The notes below the pieces were generated by a model. The model was given only the letters and a program-made list of their open reading frames with translations. It was not told the origin of the DNA and did not search any database. A DNA stretch of 64,000 nt from Bigelowiella natans CCMP2755 (lineage: Eukaryota; Protista; Cercozoa): positions 13,464 through 77,463 of the forward strand of contig ADNK01002368.1 of the NCBI GenBank assembly GCA_000320545.1, read 5' to 3'. This document shows, piece after piece, positions 40,852 through 53,686 of this stretch; position 1 is the stretch's first letter; every line of letters begins with the position of its first letter. The position numbers and the translations under genes are program-made.

Positions 40852-41701
40852 TCTTGTTAAAACATCTGGTCAGTCTCACCCTCCTCTGGGCTGCAGCCCT
40901 CCCTTCTTTCATCCATATTTGTGTATTCCGGAGAGATAAAGCTCAGCTAGGCCAGGAGGTGTGCGAAGAAAATTCAATGCGGATGTTCCTGGATACCCTG
41001 AGGCTTTGAATAGGCATAAAGGATAATATTACACGAAATATTGCCGATTCAATCTGACAATGTTTCTCAGAAAAACATATATTTCTGTCCCTCTTTTCAC
41101 CAGCACCAAGCTGTCATATTACCGATGAGCAGGATGTATTACGGGGCAAAAAGGCCTTCTATGAAGAATTAAGTCCCTTCCAATTTTCTTCCATATCACG
41201 TATACGACAACGAAAATATCGAATATAAGTCGTAAATCGTGGATGTTTTCCCTTCTGCGACAAAGAATCGCAAACCCCTCTGTTTGCTCTCCATCTGCTA
41301 ACGAAGTCCATCCCTCCGGTCTTCGAACAATCGCCATCTCTACCTCTCTGCATTTTTGCCTGGCAGGAGGAAAAACAGGAATAAGTTCGTTTAAAGGTAA
41401 AACCTTTAGCTTTATCCTATTGTTTATTCCTTCCAAAAGGTGGGAAAACGTAAAGAGGTTGGAACAAAAGGGCCAAAACTTTGTTACCAATCCTCCTCCT
41501 TACCCCTCAAATACACGAAATGAGATTGTTTTTTGGCCAGAGAAGATTTCAGTCTTAAGTTCATTTTTTGCATTTTATTTTCCAAATCTCAAGGGAGGAG
41601 ATTCAACTCCGCCCATTAACTCCTTTCTGTGCAGGTAGCAGGTGTGTTGTCCCCCAGAGGTAGGTCTCCACAGTAGTTTCCGTCGCTAGATTTCTCCAAC
41701 G

Positions 41702-42340
41702 ATGGATCAGCCTTTCTGGGAAAATGAGACTCTGGGAGATGCAATGGGGAGAGGAGGAGGAGCATTGGGCGAAGAGGAAGCTTTTCTTCCAGAAGGGTAC
41801 CAGACAGTGTTAAGTAGCCAGAAAAGGAGAAGTAGTAGTAGTCGTAGTAGGTATACAGACGTCGCATACTCTTTCGCCTTCCCCTCACTACTACTTCTCT
41901 TTGTCTCGCTATCCTTCTGTTCTTGAACATTCGTGTTGCTGCTTTTGTTCTTTGCATCTTCTTCTAAGAATGGATGACGATATCCCTCTCTTCGACGATG
42001 ACGGCCCAGCAATACCCAGCCATGGACGCGGAACAAAGCGACCACGAACCAGCAGCGAAGGCGACTCCGCTAGAATTCCCCTTCCAGTAGCACTTCCCGT
42101 GCCTGTGGACACAAAGGAGTCGAAGCCCTCTAGTACTGTCGCTTCTGGCTCAGGAGCTCCAAAGATTATCGCAAAAACGAAGGGGGGGGGGGCATCAACT
42201 GCGTCGTCCTCTTACACTATTAGCAGTGTCACCAATCAGGGATTCGGCGATATTATGGAGGCAGAAGATGGAGCGTGGAATTTCGACGACCTTGATGGCA
42301 CACACACACACACACACGCCCATATATTTTCCAATTTGGC

Positions 42341-42384
<44 letters not shown>

Positions 42385-42401
42385 ATATAATATAGTCTTT
42401 A

Positions 42402-42440
<39 letters not shown>

Positions 42441-43134
42441 CATTCACAGGAGAGCCTAACCAGCATGTTAAAAAGAGAAAGCAGCAAGAAGAAGATCAAG
42501 AGGTAGTACAGAGCTGCCAATCCGAATCATATCATCGCGACAATCGCAGAGGCAACACACCTGATGATAACAGCATGCAAACAAATGCATTGACCCTTTA
42601 CACGCCACTGTCTCAGACGGGGTATATGAGGGAGATAACAAAGCAGAATCTCGTTAATCTGATGTTGCTGGAATAAATATGATCGTTGAGAGATCTCTTC
42701 CGTGCCATGAAACTTGTATGTGATGTGGTGCAATGTGGTGAGTGCTAGCTGAATTTGTTCTTCCCAAAGGAGAGCGACGAGCCACTTGATTCCGAAGCCA
42801 GGTACCGGATATCCCATTCACCCCCCCTCTCTCTCAAATTTAATTCTCCTCCCTCCTCCCCCCCCTCGCAGCCAAGATGAAGTCCACGAAGGTCGGGGAA
42901 ATATTTGCCTCAGTCGTGGGAAATGAAAACTTCAAGGAGGCCGGGCAGGTGTTGCAGACAGATGTTTTTACAATGGGGTAGTGGGGGAGGGGAGTATAGT
43001 GGGAGTTAGTAGCGATTACACAGCATTAAGCAAACAATGAGCATTCAGCGCTCTCTTAGCAGGAAAGGGTAGCTTCCTCGTCCATCATCATCATCATCAT
43101 CATCACCTGATACAGCCACGACTACTACTCTGTG

Positions 43135-43171
<37 letters not shown>

Positions 43172-43305
43172 ATATAGGTCCGCAAAAACGACTACGTGTA
43201 CCTCAATTGGGATAAGGGCTACGAAGTCTGGGAGGTCATGAACAGGAATGAGAACAAATCGGTAAATAATCAGCATATAGTAATCTAATCGCAAGTCGTT
43301 AGAAG

Positions 43306-43344
<39 letters not shown>

Positions 43345-45352
43345 ATCATCATCGTTTTCCAAACGGGAGTGAGATTAGTGCCTCCCTCTCTCTCTGTTTA
43401 TTTTCCACACATTCAGGGTTGGTAGAGGATGGGATTGCTGGGATACTGCGGAACCTTAGCGACGGATACAAGGTGATAATAATCATGATCATGATCATGA
43501 TGTTCATACAGATATAGGGATGTTGCAACGACTTGTCTGACTAGTGATAGATCAGTTTTGAAATTCAAACACTATCCTCCTCCTCCTCCTCCTCCTCCTC
43601 CTCCTCCTCGTCCTCCTCCTCGTCCTCAATGACATTCTCTTTCCCCGCTCCCTCTCCCCCTTACCCCGAAGTCGATTGAGCAAGAGTGCAAGGTACTGGA
43701 AGGAAACACAAGTTTACTCAACAAAACGATGGTTATCAAGATCACCATACTGGCAAGTCCTATTGAGGTACTCCTAATAACCACATAAAGGGTAGAGGAG
43801 AGGATGGAGAAGAAGAAGAAGAAGAAGTAAAGTAAGGAACCTATTCAAAAAGATATATATATATATATATACATAATATAATATAGTCTTTAACATGTGT
43901 GTGTGTGTGTGTGTGTGTAATATTATGGGCGATGATGATGATGATGTCGTAGGTGCCTTCGATTGACGAGGATATCACGCGAGCGCTAGAGGAAATAAGC
44001 AGATCAGATCTGTGGGTTTCTGTCCGCCAAAAACGTGAGCAACGGTCAGTGAGTGAATGCTTCTTCCAACAAGAAATAATAACAGAGAGAATACCATAGT
44101 GCCGTAGTATTCCTTCTGATTGAGAATGAGCAAAGACAGTTTTACCACACATCTCGGTAAAATCTTTCCCCCCGCCTCCTTTTATTAACGCGGCGCTCTA
44201 CTTTGCGCAATTGATAATAGGAGGAAAAAAGCTATGATGAAGGCGAATAAATCCGGTGAGAAGATAATGCCATGTAGCTCGTCCCAACGCTTAACCTTAA
44301 TTGTTTCTTTACTTCTATTTTCAGAAAACGGTATCAATACTATCAAGCAAGAACATTGGCAAGGAAATGGTACAGAAAATAGTGAAAGGGGGAGAGGGGG
44401 AGAGGAATTTTGTATCGATTTCATATAACAAAGAGATTTGCGACGCGGTGATGATCATCTTTCCCCTCCCTCCCCCCCTCTTTCCGGTAGGTATTAAAGG
44501 GCCAATGGGTTTGGGGATTGACGAGGGAGCTGCTCCATCTATGCCAAACGGCGATTCAGCAGGGAAAGGAGGAGGAGGAGGAGGAGGCGACAATGACTCA
44601 CGTACGTAAAACGACGAGAACACGGAGCCGATAATGATGATGGTGATGATGATAATGATGGTGATGATATGATGATGATAAGCAATCCCCCTTCTCTCTC
44701 ACTCTCCTTCTCTCCCTCCCTCCCACTTTCTCATTACATATTTTGTTGGCCATTGCAGAGATAGTAAAAACGGAGGTTCACATCGATCTGGACAATGACT
44801 TCGATAAGGTACTATTTAAGTAGAGGTCTTTACAGAGAGACGCTAGTGATGATAACATAATCATAATGACGACGATGAAAATAGCTGCTGAGTTGCTGCT
44901 GTACACACATAACCAACGTGTAATCGGAATCATCTACATAGTTTTTCTCATCATACACACAACATCTTGTAAACCAACGTATATCTGTTCCTTCACCTCT
45001 CATCCCTCTCTTCCCCGCTCCTCTTTTTCGTAGCTTTTCAGCAACAGCGACCATGAGAACCTCACTGAGAAAGAGCCATCGTACAGGGTCTCAGCTAAAC
45101 TCTATGGGTACTAGTTGTAGTAGTAGTTGGAGCAGATTGTCTTCCGACCGACATTCTCCGGCTAGCTTCCTCGCCCCCCCCACTTCGCCTTTCCCATCTT
45201 TGCTATCTTCGTCATTGTAATTCTTCGACTTTTTCTTTTTCTAATTAGTTACCAAAAGCAAGGACTGCACTGGATGTGTGAGCAAGAAAGAGAAAGGTGG
45301 ACAAACGTTATACATCTTTTTTTGCCTCCCACCCCTGAAAAATTAACACGCA

Positions 45353-45393
<41 letters not shown>

Positions 45394-46347
45394 TCACACA
45401 GGCCTTTGGATGGATTTGGCTGGGGAGAGATGAAGGAAAAAGGTATTAGCTGCTAATTCGGCCACTCTGCCATGATTATACGTTAATAATCACCACTACT
45501 GTCCTTTCCGCTCTCTTCTTGGTCTCCCCCCCCTTCCAATCTATAAGCTAATTTTGGAGTGTATTCACTTGACATGGCGCATGATTTTTGTTCTGCGACA
45601 TGACTCTCGCAAAAAGGAGAAAAAACATACCGATTTTTTGGCAATGAACATTCCGAATCGTTATTCTCTGATATTGCGCGCTATTGGTGGTAGGGAAAGT
45701 GGTGGGCTGGAAGAATAAATTCACGAAAGAGGAGCGCAAAAAGCAGCCGGATAGATGGTCGATAACCAACATCACTACATTCATTTCAGTGCAATACATA
45801 ACACACACACACTCGAAGTGCGGCCGATATCGAGGCAGCAGCCGTGCTCGTATATTTGCTCACTTGATTGAATCTGTGGTTGTGATGATGTAGGAGGGGA
45901 GGCATACTGGCGGACGAGATGGGTCTTGGAAAGACTATTCAAATTATCTCTCTAGTGGCGGAATCAGCACGAGATAAGTCCGTTATTAACGACCATCACC
46001 ATTTCTACAAAGATGACGATAATCAATCATCAAATCCGCTAATACTATTCCACATGCTCCTCTGGCGCTATTTGTGTGAGTAACAGTCCCCTCCATTGTT
46101 TCGTCCTCGCTGATATAAGCACCATCACCCCCACCCCCCGTGACCACCACTCCTCCGTCCCCCATTAGGCTCAACCAACTCAACATGTCGGGGCCACGCA
46201 CGACCTTGATTATATGCCCTCTATCTGTCATCACCAATTGGGAGGTAAAAGAAGAACAAGAAGAAGAAGAAGAAGAAGAAACCACTATGAGACGACTGCT
46301 GCGATGAAGGAAACAAACACCTCAACAGAAAAACAAAAACATACAGC

Positions 46348-46378
<31 letters not shown>

Positions 46379-47491
46379 GTCATCGTTATCGTCGACGGGG
46401 AGTAAGCATCCATTGTCTTCTTCCGTCTAATCTATCCACCCCCCCCCCATCAGATGCAGGCGAAGAAGCACATTCGATTAGACAACCGTCTTAGCATCCA
46501 TACCTACCACGGTAGCCAGCGTATCAAGGACGAAAGGTCGATTTTATTTATGATTATAAGAGCAGAAGCTAATCGGGAGTATTAGCCTGGATATTTACGA
46601 CAAGTAGAAATATATCTAAGCGGAAAAGATCCATCATATTCCTGCATTATCTCGTGATCTCTTACTTTCTAACCCCCCCCCTCTCCCTCGCCTTCCGCAT
46701 CTAATATCTAGCAAATTGAAAGACTATGACGTCGTGATAACTACCTACGAGATTGTGCGGCAAGAATGGAAGATGGGGTCGTCGAAGACCAAGGGGGGGA
46801 GCAGCAGCGGGGATAAGAGCGAAGTAGTAGTTTCTGAGGAGATGAAGAGAAAACAGCAACGTGCTCTCATCAGCTGGCAGCAGGCGTGCGACGTGGCGAC
46901 ACGCAATGGGAGAAATCCTCCTGAGAAACCGAAGATCCTAAGAGATATGAGCGGTGCTGGTAGCGGTGGGAAGAAGCAGCGGGGGAAGAAAAGCAAGAGC
47001 TCTTCCGGCAAAAAATCCAAGGTTCTGGGGGGGGAGGGGTGGACGGTGTGTTTAAATGCGTCTTACAGATTAGCTTTAATATGATCTTCTCCTCTTCTTC
47101 TTCTTCCTACCTCTCGTAATGCCACTACAACCAATATGATCTATCTTTCTATCGACGTTTCTCTCACTTCTCTTCCTTCCCCCCCCCCCTCCCTCTCAAT
47201 ACCACCATGCAGTCCGAGAACGGGACTTTATTCAGGATGAAGTTTCTTCGCGTGGTCCTCCTCCCCCCCATCTCCTACTACTTCTTCTTTCTCACAATGA
47301 TATATTCTCCACCGATGATGACTGAAAACTCAATGACGACGACGACGAGGACAGTACTATTTCTAAGATGAGGACACAATACTAACACAACTGTTGGGTT
47401 GTTCGTTCACCCCGCAACAGAGCCGTTCTGTCGTATCGTGTCTCATCACGTTGCTAGCTAATAGTTAGTAATCACGGCCAATAACCTTTGC

Positions 47492-47525
<34 letters not shown>

Positions 47526-49286
47526 TGTGTGCGTCTTCTTCTCCGCTTTGATGTCTCCTATATAGGTACTCGATGAAGCTCATACGATACGTCATAGGAA
47601 TACGCTAATGTCGCAGGCATGTGTCGCTCTAAAGGTGTGTATAATTAATAATTAATAGGAAGAAGAAGATACCATGATGGCACTGCTACCACCTCTTCGA
47701 CCTTGCATGAATAATAATGCGTTGTAAACGTACCTAGCGAGCGAGTGCGTCTCTTAGCAAGCTTCCACCCCCCCCCCCCCCCCCCCCTTTTTCATCATCT
47801 AGGCTGAAAGGCGCTGGTGCATTACAGGAACGCCCTTTCAAAACACGGTGACAATTCATTCTTGCGATTCGAAGAATGAGGGGGGACGACGACGATGATG
47901 ATGATGATGATGATGACGCAGCGCTTATAGAGAAAAATATCACTGAACGTCGCGCTAGAAGTATCTCAGCGTGATTAGCGCATCAGTACAGAAATCGTCA
48001 ACGGTGTTTCTCTTTCGATTATGATGAATGTTATTGCTATGATCTCGCTGATGATGACGATGATGATGGTTGTGTTCAGATCGATGATGCGTTTGCATTG
48101 CTGTCATTCATTCGCGTGGACCCCTTCGGAAACTATCCATTTTGGTTATAATAGCACAGATCATATTCTCCTCCCTCCGTCATAAAATGCAACACTTTAA
48201 TCAAAAGCTAAGACTTTACGTGCAACCATATAACAACGACGACGACGAGAATAGTGATCAATTTTATACCGAATCTGTATCATTCGTGGATGATCCTTTC
48301 ATGATGCACCATCACTCGCAGGTCCGAGTATGTTTCCGGCCCACTGAAGAATCAGGTATGTGTGCGCCAAAGAGAAAGGGGGGGAGGGGGGGGGGGGGCG
48401 ACTAGAAGATGTTAATAACCGTCGTTGCTGTTGGTAGAACAACCGTGAGGAAGGAATGGAGCGCCTGCAGAAGATAATGACAGCAATTTGCCTCAGAAGG
48501 TAAGTTGGAGATGTCATTTATTTATGCTGCTGCTTTATATATATATGTGGTGTTGTTGCATGCTCTATTGCCACTCACACACACTCTCATTAATGCATCA
48601 CTTCTCATTTCTCCTCAATAGGAAAAAATCGGATAAGATAAAGGGCCGTAACATCCTCCCACTGCCGCCGAAGAAGGACATCATTCAGAAAATAAAGCTC
48701 TCTGATTATGAACAAAAGGTGAGCGCATTGCGTGATGTGTGTGCGTGTGGGTGCGTGTGGGTGCGTGTGGGTGCGTGTGTCGGACGATGATGATGATGAT
48801 GATGATGATGATAACATCTACGGTGGTGGTTGTATATCAGATCTACGATGCCTTAGCAAAGTCCGGAAAGAAGAAATTCAGGTAGTAAGGGCAATGCTGC
48901 ATATGGAGGGAAAATGCATGTGTGCGGTGTCGTCGTCCCACTGCGCTTTCATTCACACATCACTCACTTTGCTTTCCTCCTCCTCCTCCTCCTCCTCATA
49001 TTCGTGAATGGCAAGATCCATGATGCGGTCGGATATCTTGCGCAAAGAGCAGTACGCATACGTGCTGCAGATGTTGCTCCGTATGCGGCAGGCTTGCGAC
49101 GACATCAACCTAGTTCCTTCCAAGTACCACAACGGGTACGGTTTTCTTTCATCGTGTAGTTAGTTACAGCAGTATATAATGTTGGTGCTGTTTGTTGGTA
49201 CTACTACTTCTTTACCACAGATTTATCTCTACTGAGCATCTCAATTGGAGTGAGCAGGTAGGAAAAGAGCCGTAGTTGTGTGTGCT

Positions 49287-49327
<41 letters not shown>

Positions 49328-49789
49328 ATACCATGGAACTAAGTCGCCAACTTTTCTTGCTACGTATAAGCATCTCCTTCTGGTTCTTCATTATTGTCGT
49401 GTCCTCCTGCCGTCGTTTCCTTTGTCATCCGAACGATTTTGCTTTGCCGCAGATTCTATCAATGTGGGAAAATGGCGCGGGCGACGAGTGCACGATCTGC
49501 TACGGTTCCTCCAACAAACAATTATCTTGTCTGCCGCTGCAACTGCTGAATCTCGTACGCATTGAATAATCCCCTCCTCTTGCTTTTCCTCCTGAAGGCA
49601 AACCCGAGGACCCTTGCATCGCATCAGGATGCGGACACATCTACTGCAAGTCTTGTATGGAAGAGGCCATTGAAAAAGCTGAGAAGGAAGAGGAGGAGGG
49701 GGGTAGTGGCATGGGTCTCATGTGTGCGGAATGTGATCAGGTAGAAGCAGAAATTGTAATAGTAAACAGTGGTGGTGGAGGTAGTAGTG

Positions 49790-49820
<31 letters not shown>

Positions 49821-50355
49821 AACCATTGTCTACAAATTCATCGTCGAGCCATCTCATCATCATAATCGTTACATCGTGACTTGCTGCAGCCGATTCAAAA
49901 GAATGAGATCCTGACCAAAGAGCAGATGGACGAGTTGAAGAAGCAGGAGAGCGAGCGGGAGAAGAAGCGCATGGAGAATGCGAAGAATTCAAACTTTAGA
50001 TCTTCGAAGGTATTGCTTGTGTTTATAGTGTGTGCGTGTGTCTGTTTAGTGTTACCGTAATCATCTCATCATCTGATGAGCTCATCATCATCATCATCAT
50101 CATCATCATCACCACAACCATTTAGATGAAAACGCTTCTAAAGGCACTACAGAAGATCGGTGAAATGGACAGGACATTCAAGGTGTGATGATGATGATGA
50201 TTGTACTCCTAGTAGTAGTTGTTGTTGTTGTAGTAGGGATGATAGTTCTGGTGGTGGTGGTGGTGGTGGTGGTGGTAAGGTGTCCCACGAGAAGCTAAAT
50301 TGTGAGACAAAAATAGAGCTTGAATACTAAGATGTGTATAGTGTGTAGTAAGTAT

Positions 50356-50435
<80 letters not shown>

Positions 50436-50856
50436 TGATTTGTGTACTACTACATACATACATACAGGCAGTTATCTTCTCGCAGTTCACTTCCATGCTC
50501 GACATCGTGAAAACGGTTGCTTGCATGCTTGTCAGAATATGCACACTTGAGATAATAATAATAACCTGGGATGATGGTGATGATGGGGATGAAGAGGATA
50601 ACATTGATATTGATGATGATTGTGGTGGTGGTGGTGGTGATCATAAATTTATTTTCCATCATCCACCTCTTTCCTCTCCCATCAGAACCTCAATCGCGAA
50701 GGTTATAAGTGCGTGCGGATCGATGGGTGAGGAGACTCAACACCACAGCAACAGCAAAACATCATAAGATACCACCAGCACTGCAATCATCCTCATTGGA
50801 GTTTTACAATTAACATATTAATCAAGATACTTACCCTGTCCTCCTCTTTAATATTC

Positions 50857-50889
<33 letters not shown>

Positions 50890-51898
50890 CTATTACCAAC
50901 AACAACAACAATAACAACATCAACAATACCAGGCGAATGTCGAATCAAAGTCGTAAAAAGGCTATTACGGATTTTGCACAGGATCCTAGAGTCAAGGTGG
51001 TAGAAACTCATCAAGTGGAAGTGCGTGTGTGTGTGTGTGTGTGTCGATATGCTATGTGTTTTCCATGGCAGGTCATGTTGTATGTGGCTACTACAGCTGT
51101 ATTAACACAAAGAAATGATGATTTCACTAATTACATCAGATCTTCCTGATCTCCCTCAAAGCTGGTGGGATGGGACTTAACCTGACACAAGCAAATACGG
51201 TGTTTCTTCTGGATCCTTGGTAATGATACTCATAATTATAAAGATACTGATAATAAACAAACACCATCATCATCATCATCATCATCATCATATGACTTCC
51301 ATGCAGAGGTTGATGATAACATCGATTCATACCCAGGTGGAATCCTGCGGCTGAAGACCAGGCGGTGGCACGTATTCACCGTTGTGGCCAGAAGAAAGTA
51401 GCGTTGCTAGATTCGATTCCTCTTTTAAGTTGTAGTAAACAGTAGTACACAAAGCGAAAAAATAGTGACAATATATGTCGAAAATACTACCTCGTGAGAT
51501 GATCTACAGCAATGCTTGTTCTTCTGTGGGAGACCGTATTTTGTAGTAGAGATGATGAATTTGGAAATGAGATATTCGGCGGTGGGAGGGGGGTGGGGGG
51601 GGGGCGTAGTGTTTTTGTGGTGCTAAAAGAGGGAGAAGAAGGTTTAGAGAATATTAGTCTTCCATTTAATTTACCGTTGTTTACTGTCGTCATCTTGTCA
51701 TCTTGTCACTGTTTTCACTATCCAACAGCCGGTAAACATATTTCGCTTCATCACTCAAAACACGGTGGAGGAGAAAATACTCGATCTGCAAAAGGCGAAG
51801 CAAGAGATGATGACCACAGCGCTGACTCGGTATAAACGACGCACAAAGAAGCAAATGAAAGCGGACCGGATCAAGAGAATCAAAACCCTTTTCAAGTA

Positions 51899-51899
<1 letters not shown>
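41702..51899 (+). CDS. RAD5: RAD5/HLTF-like SNF2 helicase (HIRAN-like, SNF2_N, C3HC4 RING, HELICc), multi-exon; apparent 1-nt deletion at about 43250
   Basis: [75 protein letters not shown]...CGHIYCKSC...[52 protein letters not shown]. Stop TAG at 51897-51899. Confidence 0.9.
50356..50434. repeat. Self-complementary compound microsatellite (AC)n(AT)n(GT)n in a RAD5 intron
   Basis: Read directly; about 80-bp near-perfect palindrome. Representative of the many intronic di- and trinucleotide repeats in the window. Confidence 0.9.
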
Positions 51900-51931
<32 letters not shown>

Positions 51932-53686
51932 GTTCTCCATCGCGTTGGCTCTATGACGAGGTGTTTGCCAAGCAGCAGCATCACTGAGAATTAACATGTA
52001 GACAAGGAAGGAAAAAAAGAAGAACAAGAAGATGAAGGAAACATTATTCAGGAACTATGCCGTCTCAGTCTTCAATGAATATGATATATTTTATTATTGT
52101 GGCTGGTCATCACACTAATCATCGCCCAATACCGGTGATGGAGTAATGAGAGAATAACGCAATAACAGTTGGCATTGCTAGATTGCCTAGCTAGCTAGCT
52201 CCAAAATCAAGAGAGACATTGCAGATCGACTGCATCAAACATGCAGTTTGTCGATATATCTAGACATCCTAATCTGATGACCATTCACGCGCTGCTACGC
52301 TAGTACGTACGCTCGCCTAATTGTTACACAGAGATATGCACAGCAAGGGAGCGCGCCAATAAAGATGCTTATGTGTGCACATACGCACACCCAGCTAGCT
52401 AGCTAGCTAGCCAGAGGATGCTCAACAGTATGCTCGCGCATGCTAGCATGGCGCGGAGCCGAGCTCGTCGCATCCAGCCATAGCACAGCATATTGTACCA
52501 TAGCTAGATGGACTGTGTCGATCTATAGTTTATCGATCAGCAGTAATAAGCTGCAATTATTATTTCACATGCATACACGGCGCACGCATACGACATACAT
52601 GCACAAATGTTTATTACAGATACACCTCGTTACTACTGCTTTAATTAATTGATTGGCATATACGCTTACTTACGCACGCATCAATAATGCTCGGGATAGA
52701 TTTGCTAATTGTACGATGATGATGAGTGAATATTCAATCAGATCGGGAATTTTAAATTAACTCACCTTCGCACACATGCACTACCCTACCCTGCATGCAC
52801 TTTCAACACGCATCGCCGGGTTGGGTGGGGTGGTATGGGTTGGGATAGGTTGGGACAGGGTGGGGTGTTGAAATTGGGCCATGTGTGGTTGTTTCGAAGC
52901 GCGTTCTCTGCGAACATTACGGCGTGGCGTGCGTTGAGGAAATCTGCCCACGATGGATGGAGAGGGTGGTGTGAAGCGACAGGCAGGTGATAAATGACAA
53001 CTATTCTATACAACTGCCAAGGAATCCTGAGAGCTAGCTGCAGCTTTGTTCTGGTACTTTTGACATCATTCTCAGGCACAAGGCCGTGAGACCAGCAGAT
53101 CGCTCGAGAAGGTGGAGGAGACGTGTACCACGTATTTATTTCTATCGTCGGCAAGGTAAATACATGATGGTGGTCACACCTCTCGCTGATTTCCCCCTCG
53201 ACTCGCCAGCATTAAATGTTCGTAACCATTTGTGATCACGGCCATAAATGAAACTACACTTATATCTTAATATACATATAATACATATATACAATTAGAT
53301 ATAAACGTGTTCGTCTCTGTATAAGCGAGAAAGGAAAATCAAGTGGCTCTGAGGAAAGGACTGCTGAATAGAATCACTTCAGCAGAATTTAATAAAAAAT
53401 AAGAGGGTGGAGGGTAAGGGGAAGAATGGGTTTTGTATATGGATGGGGAAACCAAGGGTCTATCGAACAACCAGCAGTTTCATGATAGTGAAGATGATTG
53501 CTGATGATTGCTGCAAAGCATCTAGTTACAAGATCTTTTGAGTAGTAGTTACATGCTGCTATGGAGAGGGGGTGAGAGGAGGAGTTGACAGTCATTATCA
53601 TCATATTCTTAGTCATCAATGGTGTGCTTTGGCCCTGCTGCTGGCCGATGTGTCTCTCGGAAAGGAGGAGAAGCAGCAGCAGCCCG

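Noticed and set aside
42298-42449. Possible GC-AG intron in RAD5
   Set aside because: A phase-compatible upstream GT donor exists and GC-AG introns are common; cannot be decided without cDNA.
1946-52027. Many ORF-track entries with poly-[16 protein letters not shown] or RERE runs
   Set aside because: These are translations of intronic microsatellites or antisense frames, not proteins.
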